Virus record (IMG/VR): IMGVR_UViG_3300027710_001079
Span: 128,833-192,832 of that record
Origin: a virus
Lineage: Duplodnaviria > Heunggongvirae > Uroviricota > Caudoviricetes
Direction: 5' to 3' (one strand)
Length of the DNA stretch: 64,000 nt
How positions within the stretch are numbered: the first letter of the stretch is position 1; each line of letters opens with the position of its first letter. Shown here piece by piece: positions 34,651 through 44,794 of this stretch. A program made the translations under genes and the position numbers. The notes below the pieces were generated by a model. It was not told the DNA's origin and did not search any database. It saw only the letters and a list, made by a program, of their open reading frames with translations.

Positions 34651-35081
34651 TTTGTCATCTCCGCTAATTGTTTATATCCATTGTATGTAGGATGTACCTT
34701 ATCTTTCGATAGCTCCGGAATTGTCAAAATAGTGTCACCGTAACTGTTAGCAATGATTCTAACAATATCTTGAACTGACGGTTTGATAGGCGGCATAACC
34801 CACATCACTTTTTTTGCATAAATCTGTTGACGCAACAATAATAGTTCTTTAAAACTATTCATAGTGTCCGGGTCGTTAGTTCCAAGACTGATAATAACAG
34901 TGTTGGCAGATAAATCATTAACAATATTTCTATTGTTCCAGGTACGACTGTTAATACCGCTCTTAACAATAGCAACACATTCTTTACGAATTGTGCTAAT
35001 GCCATGAGCGATACTATCGCCTAAGATAAGGCAATCTAACATTACAGAGTCTCGCCGCCTACTGTACGGTTGCAAGCACAC
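34647..35081 (-). CDS. SGNH/GDSL-family hydrolase
   Basis: CLILGDSIAHGI block I GDS(x) motif. Confidence 0.45.
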   Translation of the reverse strand: MCLQPYSRRRDSVMLDCLILGDSIAHGISTIRKECVAIVKSGINSRTWNNRNIVNDLSANTVIISLGTNDPDTMNSFKELLLLRQQIYAKKVMWVMPPIKPSVQDIVRIIANSYGDTILTIPELSKDKVHPTYNGYKQLAEMTK

Positions 35082-35581
35082 AGTTCGCCTGTTTGCAATG
35101 CGTCCAATACACGAAGTGTTTCTTCTGGACTACGACCAACGTTCAAGTTGTTGACAGTAACGTGTTGGATAACGTTTTCTGGGTCAACAATGAATGTTGC
35201 ACGAAGTGCGGCACCTGCTGGAGCGTACATAACGCCCAACTGTTCAATCAAACTCAACTCACCACGCTGTGTGTCTGCGAATTGATTGTGGGTAATCTTA
35301 ACTAGATCACTGTGACTCTTTTGCCATGCTACTTTGCAGAACTCATTGTCTGTACTGCCTGTTAGCAGAACTGCATCACGATCCGCAAAATCACCTGTTA
35401 GCTTGTCGTAGGCTACAATTTCTGTAGGGCAAACAAACGTAAAGTCCTTAGGATAGTAAACGATTACTTTCCACTTGCCTTCAAAGCTCTGGTCTGTAAT
35501 TGTAAAGAATGCATCTTCTGGTTGTCCTGGCTTAACGCCTGTGACTGCAAATGGGGCTAATTTATCGCCGACTGTTTTCAT
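35042..35581 (-). CDS. ahpC: peroxiredoxin (AhpC/TSA 2-Cys family)
   Basis: YPKDFTFVCPTEI peroxidatic-Cys motif. 179 aa. Confidence 0.75.
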   Translation of the reverse strand: MKTVGDKLAPFAVTGVKPGQPEDAFFTITDQSFEGKWKVIVYYPKDFTFVCPTEIVAYDKLTGDFADRDAVLLTGSTDNEFCKVAWQKSHSDLVKITHNQFADTQRGELSLIEQLGVMYAPAGAALRATFIVDPENVIQHVTVNNLNVGRSPEETLRVLDALQTGELCACNRTVGGETL

Positions 35582-35639
35582 ATCTTCTCCTGTGTGTTAA
35601 ATGAAAAAACTTCTGTACATCTTCTGTACTGTACAGTTT

Positions 35640-35668
35640 ATTGTACATATATTTACAATAGAAATCAA
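35640..35668 (-). promoter_or_regulatory. sigma70 promoter for ahpC (TTGATT-17-TACAAT), followed by a TGTACA-repeat operator candidate
   Basis: Minus strand reads TTGATTtctattgtaaatatatgTACAAT. Downstream, at 35610..35640, ACTGTACAGTACAGAAGATGTACAGAAG has three TGTACA palindromes and two TACAGAAG direct repeats. Confidence 0.45.
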
Positions 35669-35772
35669 CTAAAAACTCATGGTTTACCATTGTATTTTCC
35701 TATGACTGTAATAGGTTATTAAGTACCAAGTTTTAAAAATTATATACCCAGTAAATACGATTACACTACAAC

Positions 35773-36072
35773 TTGGGACTAGGAGTAAAAATGGGCGATA
35801 TTTTTAAAATTATCGGCGATCTTGGTATGCCTGTTGCGGCAGCACTTGCTGGTGGGTACTTTGTGTACTTGACTATCAAGCTGTTGTTGCAGGGCGTTCT
35901 TGGATCAATAAAAGGAATGGCTGGTATTATTACAGCACTTGATAATCGTGTTAAGACCATGAATCACGATGTTATACGTATTGACACAATCGTATCTAAT
36001 GCACTAGGTCTACGTCCTGACGCAGATCGTATTGCTCGTGCAGACGGTAAAAACGATGCAAGGAGAGACTAA
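35773..36072 (+). CDS. small membrane protein (holin-like candidate)
   Basis: ORF-track 99 aa. N-terminal hydrophobic helix GMPVAAALAGGYFVYLTIKLLL. Confidence 0.35.
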   Translation: MGLGVKMGDIFKIIGDLGMPVAAALAGGYFVYLTIKLLLQGVLGSIKGMAGIITALDNRVKTMNHDVIRIDTIVSNALGLRPDADRIARADGKNDARRD

Positions 36073-36266
36073 TGTTGCACCTTGAATACAATTGGGATCT
36101 GCACCCGGACAAAATTATACTAGATGACGAACTAAACACTGATCGGCTAGGTTGGAAGGGCGGAGACATTTTTAAATTCATCAATGTTGACGGTAAGCAA
36201 ATGCTGGTCAAAATGGATCCCCTAGTTGCTTTTGTTAAAGGCTTTAAGGTGAACTGCAATGAGTAA
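36072..36266 (+). CDS. hypothetical small protein
   Basis: ORF-track 64 aa. Its start overlaps the previous stop. Confidence 0.3.
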   Translation: MLHLEYNWDLHPDKIILDDELNTDRLGWKGGDIFKFINVDGKQMLVKMDPLVAFVKGFKVNCNE

Positions 36267-36406
36267 ATGGAATACTTGGTATGACAACTTGCCAGAGCAT
36301 ACAAAACAATATTTAAAATCTCAACCAATTTGGCACGACATTGACATGTGGAAAGCTGGCATATTGGGTGCAGTAGTAGGGTTCATTCTAGGAGTAATAT
36401 TATAAT
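36263..36406 (+). CDS. hypothetical small membrane protein (47 aa, hand-called)
   Basis: ATG at 36263 overlaps the upstream stop. MSKWNTWYDNLPEHTKQYLKSQPIWHDIDMWKAGILGAVVGFILGVIL. Confidence 0.25.
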
Positions 36407-36740
36407 GGATGTCGTTGAATTAGTAAACAAATATGGCTTCCCTATTGTTATGGCAGTAGGGATGGGATTCATTATCAAGTATGTGTGGGAATGGGCCACT
36501 AAGGAAGTGAAGCCAGTTATATCAGATGCCAACACAGTGTTGATTGCACTGATTGATCGAATACGTATGTTAGACAATGACCTTATCAGACTTAACCAAA
36601 AAGTTAATACAGTATTACATCTACGTGGTAAGACCATTGAGTTTGAACGTGTAGAAGCAGAGAAAGCAATTAATAAGATAGACCGCCCTAAAAGCGAGGG
36701 TAACGAAGATACTAAGTCAGCTGCCTCAGGTGAAAGTTGA
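36407..36740 (+). CDS. small membrane/coiled-coil protein
   Basis: ORF-track frame 36348..36740. Probable start at the internal MDVVELVNKYGFPIVMAVGMGFII (hydrophobic N-terminus). Confidence 0.35.
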
Positions 36741-37212
36741 TTTGAGAAAGTTTTGCTAGATTGTGAAGCCATACGACACCCTCTACGGAGGGTGATCTTA
36801 TGATGTTTGCTGAGTTGCTCTGCACACACTTGACAGTAGGTATTTGATCTTCACTCTTCTGGGCTCTGTACCTTACCCCACCTACTACGACTTTTAAAGG
36901 AACTGCGGTGTCACTGCTCCTATGAGAGTATAGAAAATCTTTTCAACTATTATGACAATCCAAACGTTTCGTGCCAGTGGGCAGACGTTTAAGCATCCTC
37001 TCGGGTAGTGGATTGAAACTGCCTTCGCAATGAGGCTAGGTCAGTGGGTCACACGTCAGAACCTTGACCAACAGAAAGTTACCGGTGCTGTCTCACCTTA
37101 AGTTGCGAATAGTGGGAGTGTGAATGTAAGTGTGTAACTTACATTATACAGGTTATCCAAAATGATCGCGACCGAAATGGCGATCTATTTTGGATTAGTA
37201 GTCCTGTAGATA

Positions 37213-39285
37213 TTACTTACTTGTGGCTATGAATACGCCGTTCCAATCAGCTGGTAGTACTTGTGTCTTTTGGAACTCACAGCGTTCTATCCACATGTCG
37301 TAGTATTTTTTCATTTGCCCGTCGAACTCATGTTTAAGTTCTTCGCACAGCTGAATAGCATCGTCCCATTTCTGCTGTCTATAACACAGGTGCATTTCAT
37401 TGTGAGTCTCTTGTGCTAACAAATATTCAGCAGCAACAGTTACATCAGGATCAAGAACTGTATAGATAGCAACTCCTACTGACTTACCTTTAACAGCTAG
37501 GTCGTCGATCTTAAGGAAGAAGAATTCGTTAGCACAACGTTCAACGGTTGCACCGCCTACTAATAACAAGCATCCGTATTCTTTACACTTACTTTCAATT
37601 CGTGCCGCAGTACTAACAGCATCGCCTAGTACATCGTAACTGTGTCTAGCAGTACTGCCCATCTCACCAATGTAGCCCAGTCCTGTATTAATACCTGCAC
37701 CCATACCAACTGGAGGACGTCCTTGCGGAACAATCACATCTCGGTTAAATGTATCTACAGCTTTAAGCATTTTCAATCCTGTGCGAACTGCTGTTGAAGG
37801 ATGATTAAGATCTTCAATAGGTGCATTGTGTATGTGCATACTAGCATCGCCAATGTACTTGATGATCATACCATCTGCATCTAATACAGGTTGTGTAATA
37901 GCATCCATGTAGCCGTTCATTATTTTTGTAAGTCCTGCAACATCATCGCCGAATGATTCACCTAAGGGTGTAAAACCACGTAAGTCCGAGAACAGTATGC
38001 TGACTTCTTTTTTAACACCTTTCTTGATCAAGTCTGGGTTTTCTTGTAGCAGTCTAACCACTGTAGGACTAGCGTAGCCTGCAAACTGTTTCTTGATTGC
38101 CTGCTTTTGTAAGAATTCGCTTACGAATTTAACTCCGTATGCATGTAATGCCACAAGCAATATGCCACTGACAAAAGCAGTAGCATCAAACAAATAAAGA
38201 TACTGGCTATAAGCATACATGCTGACAGCAACACCACCCACAGAAAGAGCAACCACTGTTCCAAGTCCAACATATACCCACCTTGTTAAAAATAATAATA
38301 GTACACCTGCTGCTAGGAGTACAATAATTTCTACACCATCTGCATAATCCGGACGCTGAATGGTTACATTGTTAATCATTGTGCCTATTACTGCGGCCTG
38401 TACTTCGTGTGGAAATACTGCACCCTTACTAGTAGGTAAAGGATTTGCAATGCCTGCGGCTGTTGGGCCCACGATTACAATCGCACCTGCTAGGTCTTTT
38501 GGAAGATTTAACATACTGACTGATTGACTGGTCTGACTCCAATCAATCCATATGCGACCTAAGTTGTCTGTTGCCACAGGACCAAACTTTGGAATACGCA
38601 TTTTTTCAACGCCACCTTCAAACAGTTTGACCTGGAACGTTGTATCGCCTGCCGCTACGCGGAGTGTCTCCATAGCTAAACTAGGATATAACTTACCGTC
38701 CACTGTGACAATTAACGGCAATCTGCGATTAACACCATCTACTTCTGGCAGTGTGTTTACAATACCAATACCTGCTGCTGCGTTTTCTAACACAGGCACG
38801 TTAGCAATTAGACCTGGATACTGTATGATTTGATCTAAGTGTTCTGGACCTAATACTGCTGAGCCAGGATTACGAGGTTCGTTCTTAGTCTTTTGTGCAG
38901 GAATGCTGCCCAATACTACTGGATATTCTTTTAGAGTTTTACCCAGTTGACTGTCACCACCTGTACGATCTGATTCTGGCATGAGTACGTTGAGTACCAC
39001 AAGGCCCGCTCCCCTCTGATATAAATCTCGTATAAGTCGGGAATACTCAACACGAGGTAACGGCCATTGTCCATATTTGTCTAAGCTCCCTTCATCAATG
39101 TTTACTGTAACAATGTTGTTAACAGTAGTTTCTTTAGCGGTGATTAGCGTATCAAAATAGCGTAGTCTTATACTTTCTACAAAGACAGGATCAGCAATTC
39201 TTATACTTAAAATAAGTGCCAATGTCAGCAGTGCTGTCCATGGACTAGTTAAAATTTTTTTAATTTTTGACATTAGCAGTTCCAA
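37213..39285 (-). CDS. membrane-anchored class III adenylate/guanylate cyclase with CHASE2-like sensor region
   Basis: N-terminal TM, ~350-aa extracytoplasmic region, second TM cluster, then FSDLRGFT...IKYIGDASM cyclase-homology-domain motifs. 690 aa. Confidence 0.65.
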   Translation of the reverse strand: MELLMSKIKKILTSPWTALLTLALILSIRIADPVFVESIRLRYFDTLITAKETTVNNIVTVNIDEGSLDKYGQWPLPRVEYSRLIRDLYQRGAGLVVLNVLMPESDRTGGDSQLGKTLKEYPVVLGSIPAQKTKNEPRNPGSAVLGPEHLDQIIQYPGLIANVPVLENAAAGIGIVNTLPEVDGVNRRLPLIVTVDGKLYPSLAMETLRVAAGDTTFQVKLFEGGVEKMRIPKFGPVATDNLGRIWIDWSQTSQSVSMLNLPKDLAGAIVIVGPTAAGIANPLPTSKGAVFPHEVQAAVIGTMINNVTIQRPDYADGVEIIVLLAAGVLLLFLTRWVYVGLGTVVALSVGGVAVSMYAYSQYLYLFDATAFVSGILLVALHAYGVKFVSEFLQKQAIKKQFAGYASPTVVRLLQENPDLIKKGVKKEVSILFSDLRGFTPLGESFGDDVAGLTKIMNGYMDAITQPVLDADGMIIKYIGDASMHIHNAPIEDLNHPSTAVRTGLKMLKAVDTFNRDVIVPQGRPPVGMGAGINTGLGYIGEMGSTARHSYDVLGDAVSTAARIESKCKEYGCLLLVGGATVERCANEFFFLKIDDLAVKGKSVGVAIYTVLDPDVTVAAEYLLAQETHNEMHLCYRQQKWDDAIQLCEELKHEFDGQMKKYYDMWIERCEFQKTQVLPADWNGVFIATSK

Positions 39286-39557
39286 CGACTTAATGCTTTG
39301 GCTTTTGGAGTAGGGCGTCCCTTCTCGTCTTTCATTGGTCCTTTGTTACCCGACATACGAGCACAGAAACTCTTACGGCGTTTTGCATCCTTGCTGCCTG
39401 CTTTTAATTTACTAGGCTTAGTAGTAACTGCTGTTTTTAATTTACTACCTGGATTCTCTCTACGATAAGCATTAACAGCTTTTTGACTTAGGCCGTCTGT
39501 CTTATCTTTTCTATTGACTTTATTCCAGTCTTCATTAATAAATTCGTGTGCTCTCAT
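39273..39557 (-). CDS. hypothetical basic protein
   Basis: ORF-track 94 aa. Lys/Arg-rich. Confidence 0.35.
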   Translation of the reverse strand: MRAHEFINEDWNKVNRKDKTDGLSQKAVNAYRRENPGSKLKTAVTTKPSKLKAGSKDAKRRKSFCARMSGNKGPMKDEKGRPTPKAKALSRWNC

Positions 39558-40099
39558 TGTCTTAAATCCTGCGGTGAACTGTTGGGAACATGATTAGGAC
39601 CATAACTGATCCTGCTGCCCGTAATCTTTTCCAATGCAACATGCAGACTTGGTCCGGTTAAATTCTTACGTAACCATTTCTCTGCTAGGTTGTTAATAAT
39701 CTTTTCATTACTTTGTGCTCTTCCGGGGCTCTTACTATGAACATATGCGTGATATGCTTCGTGTACTGCTACTCCAATATCACTCGCGGCATGACTTTCA
39801 AGATTTGGCAAATTAATGCTACCGCCCTCACCTTGATCACCTGTGGCTCTAAACATAGGAGGCTCCGAACTTTGATACACATAGTACATACCTGGTTCTA
39901 ATTCGTCCTCGTCGTCTGTGACATTACCGGCACCTAGTATGTTTTTGATTGCATCTATACAAGACCATAAGGTAGGTGCAGGTTGTCTCGGTAATTGAGT
40001 AGTTGGTAACATAGGCTTGTCTTCGGGATCAAAGTCACCCCAGCGTTGCCTTAATTCCGCATCACTTGCTTCTGCTTCTAGTAGTTCTTGTATTCGCAT
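39554..40099 (-). CDS. putative zinc metallopeptidase (HExxH)
   Basis: VAVHEAYHAYVH contains an HExxH motif. 181 aa. Confidence 0.3.
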   Translation of the reverse strand: MRIQELLEAEASDAELRQRWGDFDPEDKPMLPTTQLPRQPAPTLWSCIDAIKNILGAGNVTDDEDELEPGMYYVYQSSEPPMFRATGDQGEGGSINLPNLESHAASDIGVAVHEAYHAYVHSKSPGRAQSNEKIINNLAEKWLRKNLTGPSLHVALEKITGSRISYGPNHVPNSSPQDLRQ

Positions 40100-40106
40100 G
40101 ATGTAT

Positions 40107-40976
40107 TTACTTTAATTTTGTATCCAAATACAGTGCTGCACCCACACTTGATCCGGCATCGCCTGGATTTTTTGGAACATAGGTATGTTTAAATGTAGAT
40201 GAAAGTAGACGTTTTGCAGGCACATTATAAGCACAACCGCCTGTAAAAACGCAGGAATTACTGTGAAAAGATGCAAGTTTAAAGCAATTTTTTATCTGTT
40301 CCATGAACACACGCTGTACGCTGGCAGCTACGTCTGCACGATCTTTTTCTGCTACTTCCCAATCCCAAATTCCTTTGTGTAGATTCTTTGTTAGATAGCT
40401 GCTGACTTTTAAGTAGTTTGGTTCCCAGTCTCCAGAAGTTGCAAGTGCAGTTAGTTTACTTTCTTCTTGGACGGGTTTAAATCCCAGTAACTCTGTAAAT
40501 GCTGTATAAAATAAACCGAGACTAAAAGGATAACTTTTTGAAAATACTTTTTTAAATTTTTGATCTCGATAATGCCAGATACTCACAGTATCCCACTCGC
40601 CGATTGCATCAGCTACTACAACCGCAGTTTCTGTTAATCCACTTTCATATACAGCATTTGCTGCATGACTTAAATGATGCGGCACACAGTAGATTGGAAC
40701 AGATGGTATATTAAATTTTTTTAGGTAGAAGTATGGCAACTGATTGATACTAAATGCATCTCTGTATTGTCCTGCATATAGTTGTCTTGATTTTTTAATC
40801 CAAGGTTGTTCGTACCAAGCAATTGCATCTATTGGAGCATATGACAATGCACGAGCAACTATTTCTGGACATAAGTCGACTCCGCAGAGAGAGCGTTCAT
40901 GATGTAGTATTTGACCGTCGTGAATAACTGCAACACTTGCATCGTGATTTAGAGCATTTATTCCTAGTATATTCAT
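40107..40976 (-). CDS. carbamoyltransferase N-terminal (Kae1/NodU-like) domain protein
   Basis: MNILGINALNHDASVAV...VPHHLSHAANA matches the NodU/CmcH N-domain. 289 aa (about half the length of full carbamoyltransferases). Confidence 0.45.
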   Translation of the reverse strand: MNILGINALNHDASVAVIHDGQILHHERSLCGVDLCPEIVARALSYAPIDAIAWYEQPWIKKSRQLYAGQYRDAFSINQLPYFYLKKFNIPSVPIYCVPHHLSHAANAVYESGLTETAVVVADAIGEWDTVSIWHYRDQKFKKVFSKSYPFSLGLFYTAFTELLGFKPVQEESKLTALATSGDWEPNYLKVSSYLTKNLHKGIWDWEVAEKDRADVAASVQRVFMEQIKNCFKLASFHSNSCVFTGGCAYNVPAKRLLSSTFKHTYVPKNPGDAGSSVGAALYLDTKLK

Positions 40977-41082
40977 TTGTAAATGAAAGGGTCTCGTTTG
41001 CGAAACTCTTTTAATTTCTTACGTATACGCCTACGCTCTTGAAAATGACGATATAGAGATATAATAAAATTCATATCTCTAT

Positions 41083-42837
41083 TTATTGTTGTTTAACTGT
41101 GGTGTTACATCCTGATAAAATTGCACAACTCTGTATTAGAGTAAAGTTCTTGCCGCCGCCTTGTTCTAGATCAACAGTTGCTGCACCGCCAGCATTAGTT
41201 ACATCAATCTGTGCATTGTTTGCATTTGCACCATATTGATTAACTTTTACATTATGCCCGTTACCAGTCATTCTAACATCAAGGTAGTGTTGGCCTGCAC
41301 CTGATTGAGTAGTAGTTAGGGTGTTGCTATCACCGTTGACTGTGCTAAACAACAATCTGTTATTGTTATTATTCTGCGTATGATTTACAGAGTTGTTATT
41401 ACCGTTAATAGTAGTTTCGGCATAGTTAGTACCAATAGTATTTGTTTGATTGGTAGTAAGACTATTTTGATAACCATTAACATCTGCTTTAAGATAGTTT
41501 GATCCAATCTGTGTAAGATTTAAATTATTAGTGCCAGCTCCGTCCAAAGTTAGTTCTACTCTGTTCTTTGTGCCAGACAACGAGATAGTTACGTTATTAT
41601 TATCCCCACCTATCTGATCAACATACACTGCATTGCTGTATGGTGCTGGACTATTAGCCCAAGTATTGATTCTAGTTTGTTGTGATGTTCTGCTAGAATT
41701 ATTGACATAAGTACCGCCACTTTGTATAGTTTGATTTGAAGGTGCGTTAGTCTGAGTGATTGTTCCGCCTACTACTGTTGGACCGCAATCGGCACAGATA
41801 CTGCCGGATGTTCCTGGATTGCTCGGAGTACCTCCTGATCCAGTAGCTGTTGAAGTTACTCCGTCATTTAGATCGTAATAAAAAGTGACTTCAGCAATCT
41901 GCATACTGTCGCAATTTAATCCACACCCATCGCCTGACTTAGTTGTGGGAAATAATATAAAATAGTAAACATAGGCATTTGTATTTGCTACCATGATTTC
42001 TGGACTTGTCCAAAAACGTTGCTCACTTAAAGTCACAGTGTCTTGTTTGATCAATACCCAATTAACCCCGTCATTACTGCCGTAGAGTTTATAGCTGGTA
42101 GGATCTCGTCCACTGAAGTCATTAGCAGTGGTCAATGTGAATTTTTGTACTACACGACCTTGACTTAATTTAACAGTAACACCTGCGTTTTTCTTATCAA
42201 AGTTCAAATACTTAGTTCCAGAGTTTCCGTCAAATGCTTGTGTTGCACCTTCGCCGGCAGGGCTATTATTACTTGTTGGATAGATGTTACTGATCACAAC
42301 TGGGGAGCTAGTAGTTCTAATAGGTTGCCAGTTGACTGTTGGAGTCGGCGGTGCTGCTGTCTGTCCTGCTGCTAGTGGAGTTGAACTAGCATAGGTATAA
42401 TTGTTTAAGTCTGTGCTAGTAACACTAGTATCCATATTAGTAAAACTAGCACTCGAACCGTAGCTGTAGCCTTGGGCGGTAGTAATAACATTGCCAAAGA
42501 ATCCACTACCAATGTAAAAAATAGCACCATTACCCAAGGCAGTGATATCACCGTGATCGTGTACAATGCTATGCTGTGTGCCGTTGCTGTTCATTAACTT
42601 TAATCCGTGCTTACCCGGATTAGTTGTGCTGTCAAAGAATTGAAAGTATTGACCTGCGGTAACCGTTACTGTTTGAAAGTTTTTATTGTAAGGTGCAATG
42701 AAGTTACTGGCGTTTAAAGTAGTGCCGCTCCAATAATATTGTACATCAAATATTTGATTGATACCAAACTTGCCGTCAGTGATGGCACCAAAGGCATTAG
42801 AGCATAACAGTAACAGTGCTAGAAATATTTTCTTCAT
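41083..42837 (-). CDS. secreted protein with discoidin (F5/8 type C) domain and C-terminal curlin-like Q/N-rich repeats
   Basis: Signal peptide. GEGATQAFDGNSGTKYLNFD...YKLYGSNDGVNWVL is discoidin-like. The C-terminus has TQIGSNY/NGYQNS/INGNNNS repeats. Confidence 0.5.
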   Translation of the reverse strand: MKKIFLALLLLCSNAFGAITDGKFGINQIFDVQYYWSGTTLNASNFIAPYNKNFQTVTVTAGQYFQFFDSTTNPGKHGLKLMNSNGTQHSIVHDHGDITALGNGAIFYIGSGFFGNVITTAQGYSYGSSASFTNMDTSVTSTDLNNYTYASSTPLAAGQTAAPPTPTVNWQPIRTTSSPVVISNIYPTSNNSPAGEGATQAFDGNSGTKYLNFDKKNAGVTVKLSQGRVVQKFTLTTANDFSGRDPTSYKLYGSNDGVNWVLIKQDTVTLSEQRFWTSPEIMVANTNAYVYYFILFPTTKSGDGCGLNCDSMQIAEVTFYYDLNDGVTSTATGSGGTPSNPGTSGSICADCGPTVVGGTITQTNAPSNQTIQSGGTYVNNSSRTSQQTRINTWANSPAPYSNAVYVDQIGGDNNNVTISLSGTKNRVELTLDGAGTNNLNLTQIGSNYLKADVNGYQNSLTTNQTNTIGTNYAETTINGNNNSVNHTQNNNNNRLLFSTVNGDSNTLTTTQSGAGQHYLDVRMTGNGHNVKVNQYGANANNAQIDVTNAGGAATVDLEQGGGKNFTLIQSCAILSGCNTTVKQQ

Positions 42838-43949
42838 CGTTGTGTTATAGTAATAATAGTATTACCGCCCGAATTTACTCTATTACTAAATTCAATACTA
42901 CCTTGAATTTGTGTAATTAAACTATTTTGAGTCAACGGAGTAGTTACACACTGTATGTCACTGCCGTTGTCGCGGCATAGACCAATTTGTCCTTCATCCT
43001 TAGTTACAATAATACCGCTGCTTCGTCTCCAATCTGGTAGCACACTGTCCACATCGTCTTTTAAGTAATCTTCATCTAGCCCACTGCCTATAATATCAAA
43101 TAGACTATCTAGAAAATGATTTTCTAGAAAGTTACGACTTAGTCGATCTTGAAAAAATTGTGCGTTTTGTTTTTCCAAGGCATTTTCGTCTAGCCCTGAG
43201 AATTTTAAAAAGTCAATATCTAGCAAACTTCGTTGTTCGTAATCACTGCGTCTAGTTTCAGTTAGTTCTCTCGGCGGACTTAAAATAAGAATATTGCTGA
43301 TAGCATCTTCGGACAAGTTCAATATTACTGGGGTCCTAGGAACTTGACTTCTACTGGCCACAGTAGTTGCTTGAAATGCCTGATTCATTATGACTTGACC
43401 AACATCTGTTTCAACAATAATAGTGCCCACTACACAGTTGCTGTTAACTTCGTCTCTGTTACGTACTGGTTTGTCATTGGGACAACTTGGTAACAGAATA
43501 ATAGTGCTGGCCCCTACTTCATCTACTGTGGCGGTAAAATCAGTACCACGAACTGAGATAGTAGCAGTAGGTGTATTAACGGCAACGTTTTGCGGGCTGT
43601 TCTTGGCAATTTGTCCACTGGCATATCTAACAGTGCCCAATGCAACCTTAACACCCAGCTTACCGGATTTTGATTTTGGATCATAAACAAAGTCGTCGAT
43701 TACTAATCTCGAATTCTCATTGACCTGTACTCGAGTCTGATCTTCGAATGTTATGCCTACCTTGCCCACTGCTGTTTTCACAGAGTCGTTCATTTCCACT
43801 CCCGTGCCCTTGGCTCCGGTCAGTGTGGCATTCTTCCGCTGTATACTGGGAGGGGTGTTCAGCAACTCTGTCACTGTTCCGATACTGGCTTGACTGTTCA
43901 GCGAGGTACTGATCAATAAGCCTAATAAGATTAAGCGACATAGTTTCAT
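42834..43949 (-). CDS. secreted protein (FecR-like beta-sandwich?)
   Basis: Signal peptide MKLCRLILLGLLISTSLNSQA. 371 aa. Confidence 0.3.
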   Translation of the reverse strand: MKLCRLILLGLLISTSLNSQASIGTVTELLNTPPSIQRKNATLTGAKGTGVEMNDSVKTAVGKVGITFEDQTRVQVNENSRLVIDDFVYDPKSKSGKLGVKVALGTVRYASGQIAKNSPQNVAVNTPTATISVRGTDFTATVDEVGASTIILLPSCPNDKPVRNRDEVNSNCVVGTIIVETDVGQVIMNQAFQATTVASRSQVPRTPVILNLSEDAISNILILSPPRELTETRRSDYEQRSLLDIDFLKFSGLDENALEKQNAQFFQDRLSRNFLENHFLDSLFDIIGSGLDEDYLKDDVDSVLPDWRRSSGIIVTKDEGQIGLCRDNGSDIQCVTTPLTQNSLITQIQGSIEFSNRVNSGGNTIITITQR

Positions 43950-43957
43950 TTCACACC

Positions 43958-44737
43958 TTAATTACCAGTGGTAATGCTGTATGTGTTTCCGCTTCCTGCT
44001 ACAGCAAGATTAACATTGGTATTGATACTACCACTCTGTACAACTGTGGTATTGTTATTTGATCCATTGATATTCAATGTTGCAATGTGACCATCGGCAC
44101 CACCACCACTTTGGGTAATGTTAGTTGCGTTACTAGCACCTAATATAGTTAAATCTACTGTGCCTTTTGCACCAGTTAAATTTAACGTAGTGTTGTTTGC
44201 AGTTCCACCAGTCTTATTAATGTTTACACTAACTTGATCCGCATTGATTGTAGCAACGATTTGATTCAAGTTGCCGTCTGTTACAGCACTAAAGGTGTTG
44301 TTAGATCCTAGCATATTAAGATTGGCAATAGTATTGTCACCTGTTTGATCAATAGAAACAGTGTTACTATTTGCAGTACCCTGTTCGCTATTGTTCATAT
44401 TGATTGTACCAATACCGTTATTACCAGTTACTCGATATAGAATACTAGTATCAACGCCGCCACTAGCTGTGGCAGTTACAACGCCTAGATTTAAAATGTT
44501 ACCACTACCAACTTGTTCAACAGTCAAAGTTACGTTGTCGCCTTTGATTTTTGACGGGGTAGTGTTGCCCGTGCCCGTGCCTTGAATTCCTCGGATACGG
44601 TTTGTTGCACCATCCTGTAGCATGGTGATAACAGAGTTGTCGCCTGTTTGATCAATATAGATACTATTGTCTGCTGCGAAAACTTGTGAAGCGAACAACA
44701 TCACGATCGCTGTCATTACTTGATTTAGCTTCTTCAT
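43958..44737 (-). CDS. curlin-repeat amyloid subunit (CsgA/CsgB-like)
   Basis: Signal peptide. Repeated (S/I)-x-Q-x-G-x-x-N units, e.g. IDQTGDNSV, VEQVGSGNI, SIDQTGDNTI. Confidence 0.55.
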   Translation of the reverse strand: MKKLNQVMTAIVMLFASQVFAADNSIYIDQTGDNSVITMLQDGATNRIRGIQGTGTGNTTPSKIKGDNVTLTVEQVGSGNILNLGVVTATASGGVDTSILYRVTGNNGIGTINMNNSEQGTANSNTVSIDQTGDNTIANLNMLGSNNTFSAVTDGNLNQIVATINADQVSVNINKTGGTANNTTLNLTGAKGTVDLTILGASNATNITQSGGGADGHIATLNINGSNNNTTVVQSGSINTNVNLAVAGSGNTYSITTGN

Positions 44738-44794
44738 ATATTTCTTCAGTTCTTTTGAAACTGCTCCTTGGGGTGTTATTTGTTGCTCCCCGAT

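Noticed and set aside
35610-35660. Reading the TGTACA-rich ahpC leader as a second TTGTAA-type promoter
   Set aside because: No acceptable -10 at 17±1 nt from TTGTAA. The adjacent TTGATT-17-TACAAT explains transcription, so the palindromes are more likely an operator.
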